NCBI GenBank assembly: GCA_963674755.2
Contig: CAXXVS010000003.1
Location: forward strand, 2,432,001 to 2,496,000
Length of the DNA stretch: 64,000 nucleotides
Direction: 5' to 3'
Source: Desulfobacterales bacterium
GTDB taxonomy: Bacteria; Desulfobacterota; Desulfobacteria; Desulfobacterales; UBA5852
This document shows, piece by piece, positions 41,100 to 50,138 of the stretch. The first letter of the stretch is position 1, and each line of letters starts with the position of its first letter. Position numbers and translations under genes: made by a program. Below the pieces are notes generated by a model that ran no database searches, had not been told where the DNA came from, and saw only the letters and a list, made by a program, of their open reading frames with translations.

Positions 41100-42452
41100 G
41101 TGATGAAAAATCTATTTTACCCAGTTGTAGCGGAAGACAAACTTAATCCAGATTTTAAAAAAATATCAAGTTGGCCGGGAGCTGAACCTGGCCGTTTGAT
41201 GACAAATTATATTTTCCAAAATTACAATGACAAAGATGGAAACTTCATAGAGCAATTTCAGACCACTGGTTTTGACGCCCGGATCTTTGAATTATATTTA
41301 TTCGCCCTTTTTTCGAATTCTGGATACGAAATAATCCCAGACTATGCACGACCAGATTTTTTAATAAAGAAGGATGATATAACTGTTGCTATAGAAGCTA
41401 CTACCGTAAATCCATCATACGGAAAAAACAAAACGGATATTGAGGCCAAAATTACTCCTGATAACGTAGAAATAAAACACGATCATGAGCTTCCAATAAA
41501 ATTTGGTAGCCCGCTTTTCTCTAAACTTAATAAAAAATATTGGGAACTTGAACATTGTAAAAATATCCCGATTGTTTTTGCAATTGAAGCTTTTCATGAA
41601 AAAAACTCTTTCATATATTCTGACCATGGAATTGCACAGTATTTGTTTGGCCTTAAAGATACTCACAAGAGAGATAAAAATGGAAATTTAATTATTGATT
41701 ATGAGGAAATTATTGACCACCAGTTTCAAGAAAAAACTATCCCTTCCAATTTTTTTGCTCAACCATGCGCTGAATATATTAGCGCTGTTGTATTCACTAA
41801 TAGTGGCACTTGGCCAAAATTTAGCAGGATGGGATATCAGGCAGGTTACCATCGCGGCAATATAATGATGATTCGTCAAGGTACATGCTACCATGATGAC
41901 CGTAATTCTGTTTCCCCGCTAATTTTTCAATATAATCTCGATGATCCTGTAGTTGATGAAACTTGGGAACAGGGCCTTGTTGTAATGCATAATCCAAATG
42001 CTTTATACCCATTGCCTCGTTATTTTCTTAAGTGTTCTGCAGTACATTTTTTTGAGGATTCAAAAGTAAAAACGGAGTGCCTTCCATTCCACCCATTCGG
42101 TTCGACAACTATAAATTCTTTACTTGAGGATGCGCATAAAGCTATTACTGTGGATATAAATCCAAATATCGTAAGCCTACTTAAAAGTGAGTTCGAAAAT
42201 TATAAATTTGAAAGAATGCCTGGACCAGACAGTGTGACTGAGGAAAAAGAATGGTTTTCTGATAGAAACAATAATATTTTAGGGATTGTTTTCAGGGATA
42301 AAATAGATAATGATTACGGGTACCTTGTGTTAGGTAAAAATGAAAACGATTTTTTTTCTACAATTGATGTTGAGATTAATTTTGAGGACCGTAGTACCGC
42401 TAGGAATGAGCTATATATATCCATGGAAAAACACTTGAACAATAGCATATAA
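41100..42452 (+). CDS. Cassette 4: PD-(D/E)xK nuclease-like hypothetical protein
   Basis: ARIFELYL...RPDFLIKK...VAIEATT motif. Confidence 0.65.
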   Translation: MMKNLFYPVVAEDKLNPDFKKISSWPGAEPGRLMTNYIFQNYNDKDGNFIEQFQTTGFDARIFELYLFALFSNSGYEIIPDYARPDFLIKKDDITVAIEATTVNPSYGKNKTDIEAKITPDNVEIKHDHELPIKFGSPLFSKLNKKYWELEHCKNIPIVFAIEAFHEKNSFIYSDHGIAQYLFGLKDTHKRDKNGNLIIDYEEIIDHQFQEKTIPSNFFAQPCAEYISAVVFTNSGTWPKFSRMGYQAGYHRGNIMMIRQGTCYHDDRNSVSPLIFQYNLDDPVVDETWEQGLVVMHNPNALYPLPRYFLKCSAVHFFEDSKVKTECLPFHPFGSTTINSLLEDAHKAITVDINPNIVSLLKSEFENYKFERMPGPDSVTEEKEWFSDRNNNILGIVFRDKIDNDYGYLVLGKNENDFFSTIDVEINFEDRSTARNELYISMEKHLNNSI

Positions 42453-42570
42453 TCGGGTAGCCGGGGGTTTTTCTCCCCCAGCCCCCACACCACCTATCAA
42501 GCGGGTCCGCACTAGGCGGTTCACAGAGCCTACTGGGCCGTAGCCGGGTAATGGATTTTCACCCATAGTT
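42452..42570 (-). mobile_element. 5'-truncated group IIC-attC intron remnant (end of IEP, domains V and VI)
   Basis: Minus strand: LWVKIHYPATAQ* then GAACCGCCTAGTGCGGACCCGCTTGATAGGTGGTGT (domain V, CGC triad) and GGGGG AGAAAA CCCCCGGCTACCCGAT (domain VI, AT end), inserted in the R'' box of an attC. Confidence 0.85.
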
Positions 42571-42571
42571 A

Positions 42572-42591
42572 TGTGAGCCGAAGCGTTAGGG
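42572..42591 (+). other. Right-hand remnant of the intron-interrupted attC
   Basis: TGTGAGCCGAAGC-GTTAGGG; GTTAGGGC pairs with GCCCTAAC closing the next cassette. Confidence 0.7.
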
Positions 42592-42605
42592 CAGTAGGTA
42601 AAGAT

Positions 42606-43064
42606 ATGCAGGTAATGGACCCTAAGGCGAGGTATATTTGGAAACAAAACACGATACCAGTCCTCTTTAGAAGAATGAAGCCTGATCCCTTATTGGTGAA
42701 GCTTCCTTATGCTGTTGATAATTATGAATGGTTGCGAAATGACCACCACCATAAGCCAAAGTGGAATTCACAGTATAAAGCGTGGGAAACACCAATTTCT
42801 TGGTTTGATGATATAGTCCAAAGAACACTTAGCAGGTTTGGCAAATTATATGTGATACAAGCGTACAAAGAGCAGCAGAAATGTGCCCCGGCTTGTTGGA
42901 ATGCAAAAGGGTATCATTGTGAATGCTCCTGCATGGGAGAAAATCATGGTGTTGGACATCCCGGTGGAAGATGGCACGAAGTGGATGAAACCTTTGCATT
43001 TGAATGGGGACCTCTAAAATATGCGTGTAGGCTTATGTCAGCATCGAAAATAAAGAAGCCCTAA
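42606..43064 (+). CDS. Cassette 5: hypothetical protein with Cys/His cluster
   Basis: CAPACWNAKGYHCECSCMGENHG putative metal-binding motif. Confidence 0.7.
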   Translation: MQVMDPKARYIWKQNTIPVLFRRMKPDPLLVKLPYAVDNYEWLRNDHHHKPKWNSQYKAWETPISWFDDIVQRTLSRFGKLYVIQAYKEQQKCAPACWNAKGYHCECSCMGENHGVGHPGGRWHEVDETFAFEWGPLKYACRLMSASKIKKP

Positions 43065-43119
43065 CCGGTCGCTGGTGGGGACGGCGAGGGCCATGCCGCC
43101 CCACAGATCACCGTTGTGG
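43059..43119 (+). other. attC site
   Basis: CCCTAAC...CTGGTGGGGACGGC/GCCGCCCCACAG...GTTGTGG, 61 bp. Confidence 0.75.
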
Positions 43120-43140
43120 CCCATAGGCACCGTTAGTATT

Positions 43141-43202
43141 GGGGTCAATTCTGCCCATGACCCAATTAAATTTCAAGATGAGTCATGAGCAGATTTGACC
43201 CC
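43141..43202 (+). repeat. REP-like hairpin, copy 1 of 8
   Basis: GGGGTCAATTCTGCCCATGACCCA-ATTAAATTTCAAGA-TGAGTCATGAGCAGATTTGACCCC. Confidence 0.9.
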
Positions 43203-43288
43203 AAGAATTTAGCGGGTCATCATAACTCTCTGGCAAGCATGTAACTCAAAGTATTTATAGTATATTTTATTCCTCCCTAATATGTAAA

Positions 43289-43318
43289 AAGGGCTTCGGA
43301 ATAATTGCCGAAGCCCTT
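43289..43318. terminator. Terminator-like hairpin
   Basis: AAGGGCTTCGG-N8-CCGAAGCCCTT with a flanking A-tract. Confidence 0.5.
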
Positions 43319-43627
43319 ATATAGTCGTTTGACAAAATTTCCCGAAGCCCCAGGGGTTTCGGAATCTTGCTATCTGGAATGGTAATGTAATGGTGCTGTC
43401 TCAAGACACTGGGGGGGGACCGCCTCGAATGATTTCTGTGTTAAGGATGGATAAAACCGGCAAATCTGTCAAAACGGTTTGGAATTTTGGACGATAGTGG
43501 CCGTCGGAGATGGTTTTATGATGGGTTGTACTTTACAGGTGAAAATTTTTAGAGTTAAATACTTAATAGTATTGCGGTGTTAAAAGTAGAATATCCACAT
43601 AATAATTAATATACTCCCCAAATAAAG

Positions 43628-44686
43628 ATGAAATTCAAATTTACCAAGGATTGGAAGCATTTTGAGAGAGTCGTTGCTGCGATTCATTCTGCTGAAATGG
43701 CTGGTGCAAATGTATTGTTAAATGAAAAAATAAAGGGGCGAGAGTTCGATGTTTCAATTCGTTTTAAAAATGGCCCTCACAGTTACTTAACACTAATCGA
43801 ATGCAAAAAGTATAGCAACCCAATACCGGTAGAGAAAGTTGAAGCCTTCATTACTAAAAGTTCAGATGCAGGGGCAAACAAATCAATTATGTTTTCGAGC
43901 AGCGGCTTTCAATCTGGAGCAATTACTGCTGCAACTCGACACGGCATTGATCTTTATACAGTATATGGAAAAATTAAAATACCTGATGAAATAAAAGCAG
44001 GTGGGGAAACTGAGGCACTTAATGTTCGTGATATCATTTTCACCATAGGCGGTTCCGATTATCATTTTCCTTTGGAAGATGGTAAAATGGAATATCACGC
44101 TAAAAAATCATTTCTAACACATGGCGCAGAAAAAGTTACGGTAAATGAATTTCTTGAAGCTCGAAGTCACGAGTTATTTAAACTAAGCTCCGACACCGAA
44201 AAAGAAAAAGTTTATAATCAACCACCAGGAGTAAGATTAACAGCTCCAAATATGATTGAAAATGGTGAGGTTCAGAAAATAACGATATGCTACAAGAAGA
44301 TGAAATTAGTAAACTTAAAACCTGGAACACCTGTAATGGACCACCATTTATTTGAAAAAATGGTTACTTATTACTGTATGAAAAATGAAGTTACAGGTGA
44401 AGAATCAACAATTATGGCATTAAGTGTTCACCTTGGGTTCGACACAAAAATCCAAAAGGGTAAATTCTACAGCAATCCAAATCTTGGAAATAGTTATTAC
44501 ATTGAAAGCATTAAAGATGGCATTGCTAAAATCTACCTATTGGAGAGCTATAGTATGGGAAATTTGGTACAAGCAGTTTATATGCAAAGCATTAAATATC
44601 AGTATCAATTTGTTTTGATTTCAGATCTTCGTGAGGTTTCTCGGTTATCGAAACTATATTCGAAAATGAAAGAGAAGGAAAGGTGA
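43628..44686 (+). CDS. Mrr-like (type IV) restriction endonuclease domain protein
   Basis: WKHFERVV...REFDV...IECKKY...VEAF...SSSGFQSGA N-terminal domain; no cognate methyltransferase nearby. Confidence 0.8.
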   Translation: MKFKFTKDWKHFERVVAAIHSAEMAGANVLLNEKIKGREFDVSIRFKNGPHSYLTLIECKKYSNPIPVEKVEAFITKSSDAGANKSIMFSSSGFQSGAITAATRHGIDLYTVYGKIKIPDEIKAGGETEALNVRDIIFTIGGSDYHFPLEDGKMEYHAKKSFLTHGAEKVTVNEFLEARSHELFKLSSDTEKEKVYNQPPGVRLTAPNMIENGEVQKITICYKKMKLVNLKPGTPVMDHHLFEKMVTYYCMKNEVTGEESTIMALSVHLGFDTKIQKGKFYSNPNLGNSYYIESIKDGIAKIYLLESYSMGNLVQAVYMQSIKYQYQFVLISDLREVSRLSKLYSKMKEKER

Positions 44687-44834
44687 TCAAGGCGCTGCTG
44701 CTAATTCTAACTTCCCACTGGTTCTCGGGGGGTAACCGAGTCAGACCAATTCAACTAATAGATATCACATATGATACGCTCTTAAATCGCCCTAAAATGC
44801 CCCTATAACCGCATTTTTGACATCAGGAAATATT

Positions 44835-44896
44835 GGGGTCAAGTCTGCCCATGACCCAATTAAATTTCAAGATGAGTCATGAGCAGACATGACCCC
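44835..44896 (+). repeat. REP-like hairpin, copy 2
   Basis: Same 62-bp palindrome. Confidence 0.9.
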
Positions 44897-44986
44897 AAGA
44901 AGGACATTTCCTGATAGACCTTTCGGTGAATAAGAGGCATAAAATAGAGGAGTTATTGGAAAAGATCGATGAATTTGAATTGATGG

Positions 44987-45047
44987 TTATAGAACATTTT
45001 GTGTTCTATATTCCGCAATTGTAATGTTCTATAATACTATGTTAGCT
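44987..45047 (+). other. attI-like site, copy 2
   Basis: TTATAGAACA...GTTCTATA...GTTCTATAATACTAT-GTTAGCT; core complementary to AGCTAAC at 45784. Confidence 0.65.
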
Positions 45048-45063
45048 TCTGGACTTGATTCGT

Positions 45064-45789
45064 ATGAAATCTTCTAAAATATCATCATTTTCAGGTTTTG
45101 AACGAATTCTCGAAAGAGAGAGTCATGCTTATATGTGGAGAGGTGTTTCAAAAAAAGAATATAAACTTATTCCTAAAGTTGCGAGAGATTGGCATTTAGG
45201 GCCTGAATTATTAAAATTGGCTGAAAAACAGCTTCTTGATCATTTTAGAATCCGTGCCACTCCTTTTTGCCAATTTATTCCGCAAACAGATTGGGAGTGG
45301 CTTGCATTAGCACAACATCATGGTCTCCCCACTAGACTTATAGATTGGACATGCAATCCACTTGTTGCTCTTTATTTTGCGTGCCGTGAAAAATCACAAA
45401 ACGATGGCGTAGTCTATTTTGCAAAATGTATAAATGAAATAGACACTAAGGTCATTTTATCACCTTTTGATATTAAGGATGAAAGAAAGTGGAGCGCTCA
45501 ACATTTTAACAATAGGCTTTCTTCGCAAAATGCTCTTTTTACTCTTTCCGAAAATCCCACAGTTCCTTTTAACAACGGAATATTTCATCGCGCCATAATC
45601 AAAGGTTCTTCAAAAAGTGATATTCTTTCTAAGTTGAAGCAGTTTGGCATTCATCAAGGTACAATATTTCCTGGTTTTGAAGGTGTTGCTAAGTATGTCG
45701 AAGAAGAATTTTTCTTTTTTAAGGGAATGGATAAAGACAAGGCATTAAAGGCACTTGAAGAAAGCCTTGAAAATGACAAAAAAAGCTAA
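45064..45789 (+). CDS. Cassette: FRG domain protein
   Basis: MWRG, LAQHHGLPTRLIDWTCNPLVALYFA, RLSSQNALFT. Confidence 0.88.
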   Translation: MKSSKISSFSGFERILERESHAYMWRGVSKKEYKLIPKVARDWHLGPELLKLAEKQLLDHFRIRATPFCQFIPQTDWEWLALAQHHGLPTRLIDWTCNPLVALYFACREKSQNDGVVYFAKCINEIDTKVILSPFDIKDERKWSAQHFNNRLSSQNALFTLSENPTVPFNNGIFHRAIIKGSSKSDILSKLKQFGIHQGTIFPGFEGVAKYVEEEFFFFKGMDKDKALKALEESLENDKKS

Positions 45790-45855
45790 CCCCTTTCTTC
45801 ACCTGACCGGTGTTCCGCTGCGCTTCACACCGGCCAGGTGAGAAATACGTTAGAT
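45784..45855 (+). other. attC site
   Basis: AGCTAAC...TTCTTCACCTGACCGGTGT/ACACCGGCCAGGTGAGAA...GTTAGAT, 72 bp. Confidence 0.9.
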
Positions 45856-46082
45856 TCCAGGAATTAAAATTATTGAGGGGGCGATATCGGGACGCCCTTT
45901 ATATTTTTACATTTGAAACGCCATTTCTGTATAAATATAAAAATATTAAGAGCCCTTAAGCCTCATTGACTGCCTGTGCGGAACTGCCGAACCACCGACG
46001 TAGAGGACGCACCCAAGTCATCCAAAGGAAGCGTACAACGATGATAGAGGATGCTCGTGCTGCACTGCGAGGAATGGGTAAT

Positions 46083-46144
46083 GGGGTCAAGTCTGCCCAT
46101 GACCCAATTAAATTTCAAGATGAGTCATGCGCAGACTTGACCCC
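46083..46144 (+). repeat. REP-like hairpin, copy 3
   Basis: Same 62-bp palindrome. Confidence 0.9.
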
Positions 46145-46218
46145 TATAAATTAGCACTGTTGAGAGAGAAAGAAAGCGAGCTCTGATGCGTTTTTTACAC
46201 ATTGATATTATAAAAGGA

Positions 46219-46310
46219 AGCTAACAAAAGCATAAACGCGAGCGTTTTTCGCCGTTTCGTTCGCTTCGCGTTCTACACTTTGAAAAACAACGGTTATGCT
46301 GGTGTTAGTT
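46219..46310 (+). other. attC site whose gene is lost
   Basis: AGCTAAC-AAA-AGCATAAAC...GGTTATGCT-GGT-GTTAGTT, 92 bp. Confidence 0.8.
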
Positions 46311-46334
46311 TTCCAAATACATTGTGAGGAGATA

Positions 46335-47240
46335 ATGAAAATCATTATCAGACTTGCTATTTTGGAATTTTTACTATTTTCACTACTGTGTGCTTCTTCA
46401 ACAGTCGCTTGTACAATAATTTCAGCCAGTAATAGTAGAACGGTTCTCTTTGCAGGGAACCAAGACTGGTTTCCTGCTGAATCATATTTGGTTGTGGATA
46501 AAACAGGTAAATTTGGTGTAGTTTTTTTTGCCCACCCTGCTAAGTCATACGAACTAGTAATGATGAAGGGAATAAACGAAAAAGGATTAAGCTATGATTT
46601 TAACTGGATTCCGGCAGAAAAACTTATACCTCACCCTGAAAGATCTCCCCAATTTGAATGGGCATTAATCACACACATGAGGGATTCGTGTACAGTAGAC
46701 GAGATACTAAAAAAGCTATTAACATATAATTTTGGGAATTCAATAGACTATCAAATCCATTTTATCGATAAAGATGGAAATGCCGTAGTGTTATATCCTG
46801 GCATAAATGGTGAGTTGGCATATACACGGAAGCCTAAAGGAAATGGTTATTTAATTACAACTAATTTCAATCACGCAAGACGGGAGAAAACATCATGGTC
46901 GCCTTTGGATTATGTCTACTCATTTTTATTTGATGGAAAATATGAAACAGCTGATAATATGCTTTCAAACTTTATAGATCAGGATGATTTAACAGTTGAA
47001 AATATGGCATCAGTTTTAGATGCGACTCATCGCGACTCTTTGTTTGACACACGCTTCTCCATAAAAACGCTTTTTTCAACTGTAGTTGATCTTAAAAACA
47101 TGCAAATTTCACTATATTACAAACGCCAATTCGACAAACCTATTGTATTGGATATAAAACAAGAATTGGATAAAATTGATACCTATAAAAAAGTTTCTTT
47201 AGAAGAGGTGGTGTCAAAAGTAAGTAAAGAAAAAGAATAA
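46335..47240 (+). CDS. Cassette: secreted Ntn-hydrolase (choloylglycine hydrolase / C45 peptidase-like)
   Basis: GAGGAG RBS; signal peptide then CTII...AGNQDW, GINEKGL, TNF. Confidence 0.8.
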   Translation: MKIIIRLAILEFLLFSLLCASSTVACTIISASNSRTVLFAGNQDWFPAESYLVVDKTGKFGVVFFAHPAKSYELVMMKGINEKGLSYDFNWIPAEKLIPHPERSPQFEWALITHMRDSCTVDEILKKLLTYNFGNSIDYQIHFIDKDGNAVVLYPGINGELAYTRKPKGNGYLITTNFNHARREKTSWSPLDYVYSFLFDGKYETADNMLSNFIDQDDLTVENMASVLDATHRDSLFDTRFSIKTLFSTVVDLKNMQISLYYKRQFDKPIVLDIKQELDKIDTYKKVSLEEVVSKVSKEKE

Positions 47241-47273
47241 TAATTTTTAATTCAAAAGTATAGCAACATCAAA

Positions 47274-47353
47274 AACAAACCCGGCGTTCAACATCGCTCC
47301 TACGTCGCTTGGACGTGGCAAACAGGGCCTCGCTAGTTAACTCTATGTTAGAA
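47274..47353 (+). other. attC site with degenerate R''
   Basis: AACAAAC (AACTAAC expected)...GTTAGAA. Confidence 0.6.
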
Positions 47354-47413
47354 AGAGGGTAAGACAGCCTGTAAACAAAGGAACTGAAAATTAATTCTTA
47401 TAAAAACAATTCG

Positions 47414-49030
47414 TTGGTTGGCTTTGTCTTGCTGTGTTTAATCTTTGGATCGCATCAAGATTCTCTGATAGGCAGCCTGCGAGCAGAAAATCGTAATACA
47501 GCAGTTCCAAGTGTCGAGATTAAACCGGACAGTGTTCTGGGAGATGAAGAGGTGGTCATCAAGCTTTCCGGATTTAACCCCGATCAAGAAGTTACAGTAA
47601 AAGCGCAAGCCGGCAACTGGCGGTCCAAAGCTATATTTAAGGCCGATTCTTTGGGAAACGTGGATCTTTCAAAACAAGCCCCTATATCAGGGACTTATAG
47701 AGGGATTGATGGAATGGGGCTCATCTGGTCTTTAAAAAGAACAGATGAAAAAACTGTAGACCGGAAGCAAAAACCTTATAATGGTGACGTTTATAAGCTG
47801 CCGATTATCAGACTGGAAAAAAATTCCCGAGTTGCCAAAGCCGGGTTAAAGGAAAATGATGTGCTGGTTGCTATGGATGGGAAGCCAATCCAAAACCAGA
47901 AAGAATTGTTTAACAGGATCCAAAATCATCTTGAATCGGCTTTGAAATCCCAACAAGACGTAACCTTCAATATTAAGATCGAGCGAAATGGTCACCCCCT
48001 AACTTTGCCAATTATTGTTCATAAGGAAGACCTTTCAAAACGATGGTACAAGGGTGTCATACTAGGTTCAAGGTTAATAAGAATCTTCTTAATTGAGGCG
48101 GAAGTTGAAGGTAAGGTCGTGGCTTCCACGATCTTTAAACAATACGATGTCGCCGCGGATGTAACAGAATTAGCGGTACGAGAGAATGGCCTGGTCGGAT
48201 CATTGTTCAAACCTGGTTCACCAGGCCCTCATCCAGGTATCATCGTACTTGGAGGCGCTAGTGGCGGAATAATTTCGGCCTCATATGATGCAAAGATGTT
48301 GGCCTCTCACGGCTATGCGGCGCTGGCACTGGCCTATTTTGCCTATGAGGATTTGCCACCCCGACTGATAAATATTCCGTTGGAATATTTTGGAGATGCG
48401 ATTCAATGGATGGAAAACCACCCTGCTGTCACATCGAATAAAATTGGTGTATTAGGCAGATCCAAGGGAGGAGAATTAGCTCTCTTGCTTGGGGCCACCT
48501 TTCCGAAACTAAAAGCGGTCGTTGCTTATGTCCCCAGCCACGTTGTTTGGGGGGGTGGGAGGAATAAGAGTTCATGGACAATAAACGGTAAACCATTAGA
48601 CTTTGTTCCTCTCAGGCATATAGTGAAGTTGTATGAACATCCGCCCATAAGATTTACCCCCATGTTTTTACTTAGTCTTCAAAATACTTCTGCTGTGGAG
48701 AAAGCAGTAATTCCTGTGGAAAGAATTAATGGACCGGTGCTTTTAATTTCAGGAGAAGATGATCAAGCGTGGCCATCCACACTCATGTCAGAAATGGTGA
48801 TGAAAAGACTGTCCAGATTTAAACATCCTTTTCCATATCAACATTTGAGTTACGAAGGAGCGGGGCATATCATCATAAATCCATATTATCCGACAACGAT
48901 ACTACATGGCATCCATCCTATTTTTAAGTTTGATATTGCTTATGGCGGGAATCCTCAAGACAATGCGTTTGCTTGTAAAGATTCATGGCCCAAAGTATTA
49001 CAATTTTTAAAAAAGAGCTTTACTCCTTAG
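47414..49030 (+). CDS. Cassette: acyl-CoA thioesterase/BAAT-family alpha/beta hydrolase with inserted PDZ-like domain
   Basis: BAAT N-domain (GTYRGIDGMGLIWSL), PDZ-like SRVAKAGLKENDVLVAMDG, GRSKGGEL, DDQAWPS, GAGH; possible CTG start at 47384 after AAAGGA. Confidence 0.8.
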   Translation: MVGFVLLCLIFGSHQDSLIGSLRAENRNTAVPSVEIKPDSVLGDEEVVIKLSGFNPDQEVTVKAQAGNWRSKAIFKADSLGNVDLSKQAPISGTYRGIDGMGLIWSLKRTDEKTVDRKQKPYNGDVYKLPIIRLEKNSRVAKAGLKENDVLVAMDGKPIQNQKELFNRIQNHLESALKSQQDVTFNIKIERNGHPLTLPIIVHKEDLSKRWYKGVILGSRLIRIFLIEAEVEGKVVASTIFKQYDVAADVTELAVRENGLVGSLFKPGSPGPHPGIIVLGGASGGIISASYDAKMLASHGYAALALAYFAYEDLPPRLINIPLEYFGDAIQWMENHPAVTSNKIGVLGRSKGGELALLLGATFPKLKAVVAYVPSHVVWGGGRNKSSWTINGKPLDFVPLRHIVKLYEHPPIRFTPMFLLSLQNTSAVEKAVIPVERINGPVLLISGEDDQAWPSTLMSEMVMKRLSRFKHPFPYQHLSYEGAGHIIINPYYPTTILHGIHPIFKFDIAYGGNPQDNAFACKDSWPKVLQFLKKSFTP

Positions 49031-49135
49031 CAAAGTTATTTTGACCGTCAACCTGAAATAGGAGTTTATTTGGCTTCTAAATAAGGAGGCATGATACCTC
49101 AATAAAACAAGTCTCATTTCCCTTGATATTAATCT

Positions 49136-49257
49136 TTCTAACAAACACATCGAGGCGGACGGCAATAGCGTGCGGTGGTTTCTAAATTAATGGTTTTTGG
49201 TAAGCTCGTTGTTTCTTCAACTTCTGTCGAAGCCGCCGCTCATGTTCGGCGTTATGT
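49136..49257 (+). other. attC site (long)
   Basis: TTCTAAC (complement of GTTAGAA)...ACATCGAGGCGGACGGC/GCCGCCGCTCATGT...GTTATGT, 122 bp. Confidence 0.85.
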
Positions 49258-49271
49258 GAGTGAACGAAAAT

Positions 49272-49865
49272 ATGAATATAGCTGAATTTTTAAAAAGCGG
49301 CGAGGAACCATTTCCAAATTCAGATTATGGTGATGGTTATAGATGTAGTGCAAATCTAAATGATGGCACATTTTTACCCTGTGTGATGATTAGAAAAAGT
49401 AAAAACTATGTCGATTTAGCCTGTCGCCGTTTTGAAGAAGAGAAGAAAGGTCAAGGTGTTTTTCGTAACAAGAAAAGTGCTTATAGAGATATTGTAAAAT
49501 CATTTGTTACTGGTGGGAACCTTGTAAATGATTACGACATAAAATCTGTAGAAAAGAGCCGTTTTGCTATACCTTTATCTTTATTAAAAAAGATTGAGGG
49601 TGAAACTGCAATGGGTTGGGCAGGTTTTGTACTTGAAATGAATGATGGGAAACTATTTTCATTTGGGACATCTTTTCATGTAGAGTTTTTTGATTTGCCA
49701 GATGGATATTCATTTGAGGATGTAAAGGCAGTTCACAATCACCCCTGTGTAGGAAAATCAGGTAAATTACTATCGATGAAACGCGGTAATAGTGAATTAA
49801 ATAATAATTATGCCCCTGACAGAGTATATCGAGAACGACCGTATTTTGTATGTTATATAGACTAA
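49272..49865 (+). CDS. Cassette: hypothetical protein
   Basis: ORF fills the span between GTTATGTGA and TCACATAAC. Confidence 0.7.
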   Translation: MNIAEFLKSGEEPFPNSDYGDGYRCSANLNDGTFLPCVMIRKSKNYVDLACRRFEEEKKGQGVFRNKKSAYRDIVKSFVTGGNLVNDYDIKSVEKSRFAIPLSLLKKIEGETAMGWAGFVLEMNDGKLFSFGTSFHVEFFDLPDGYSFEDVKAVHNHPCVGKSGKLLSMKRGNSELNNNYAPDRVYRERPYFVCYID

Positions 49866-49868
49866 ATC

Positions 49869-49930
49869 ACATAACAAAGGCATTGTTAGCGACGGCAAAC
49901 AGCCGCCGCGCCACATGCCGGGCGTTCTAT
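49869..49930 (+). other. attC site
   Basis: ACATAAC-AAA-GGCATTG...CATGCC-GGGC-GTTCTAT, 62 bp. Confidence 0.8.
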
Positions 49931-50138
49931 AGGAATCTGGTAGGCAAATTTGGATAATCAAATCCTTTACAAATACAGGCCATATAATTGTCGGTCTTTA
50001 TCTATACTCAAAAATAGGGAGTTCTATTTTTCTGATCCAAAACACTTCAATGATCCTGTTGACTGCCAAGTCGGAATTTATAGTGCATTAAAATCGGCCG
50101 TTGAACTCGCACAAAAGGAAGATTCGACCGTAAAAGAT

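Noticed and set aside
43628..44760. Mrr-like gene as an integron cassette
   Set aside because: No convincing AAC...GTT attC downstream or matching core upstream; it is bounded by hairpin repeats instead.
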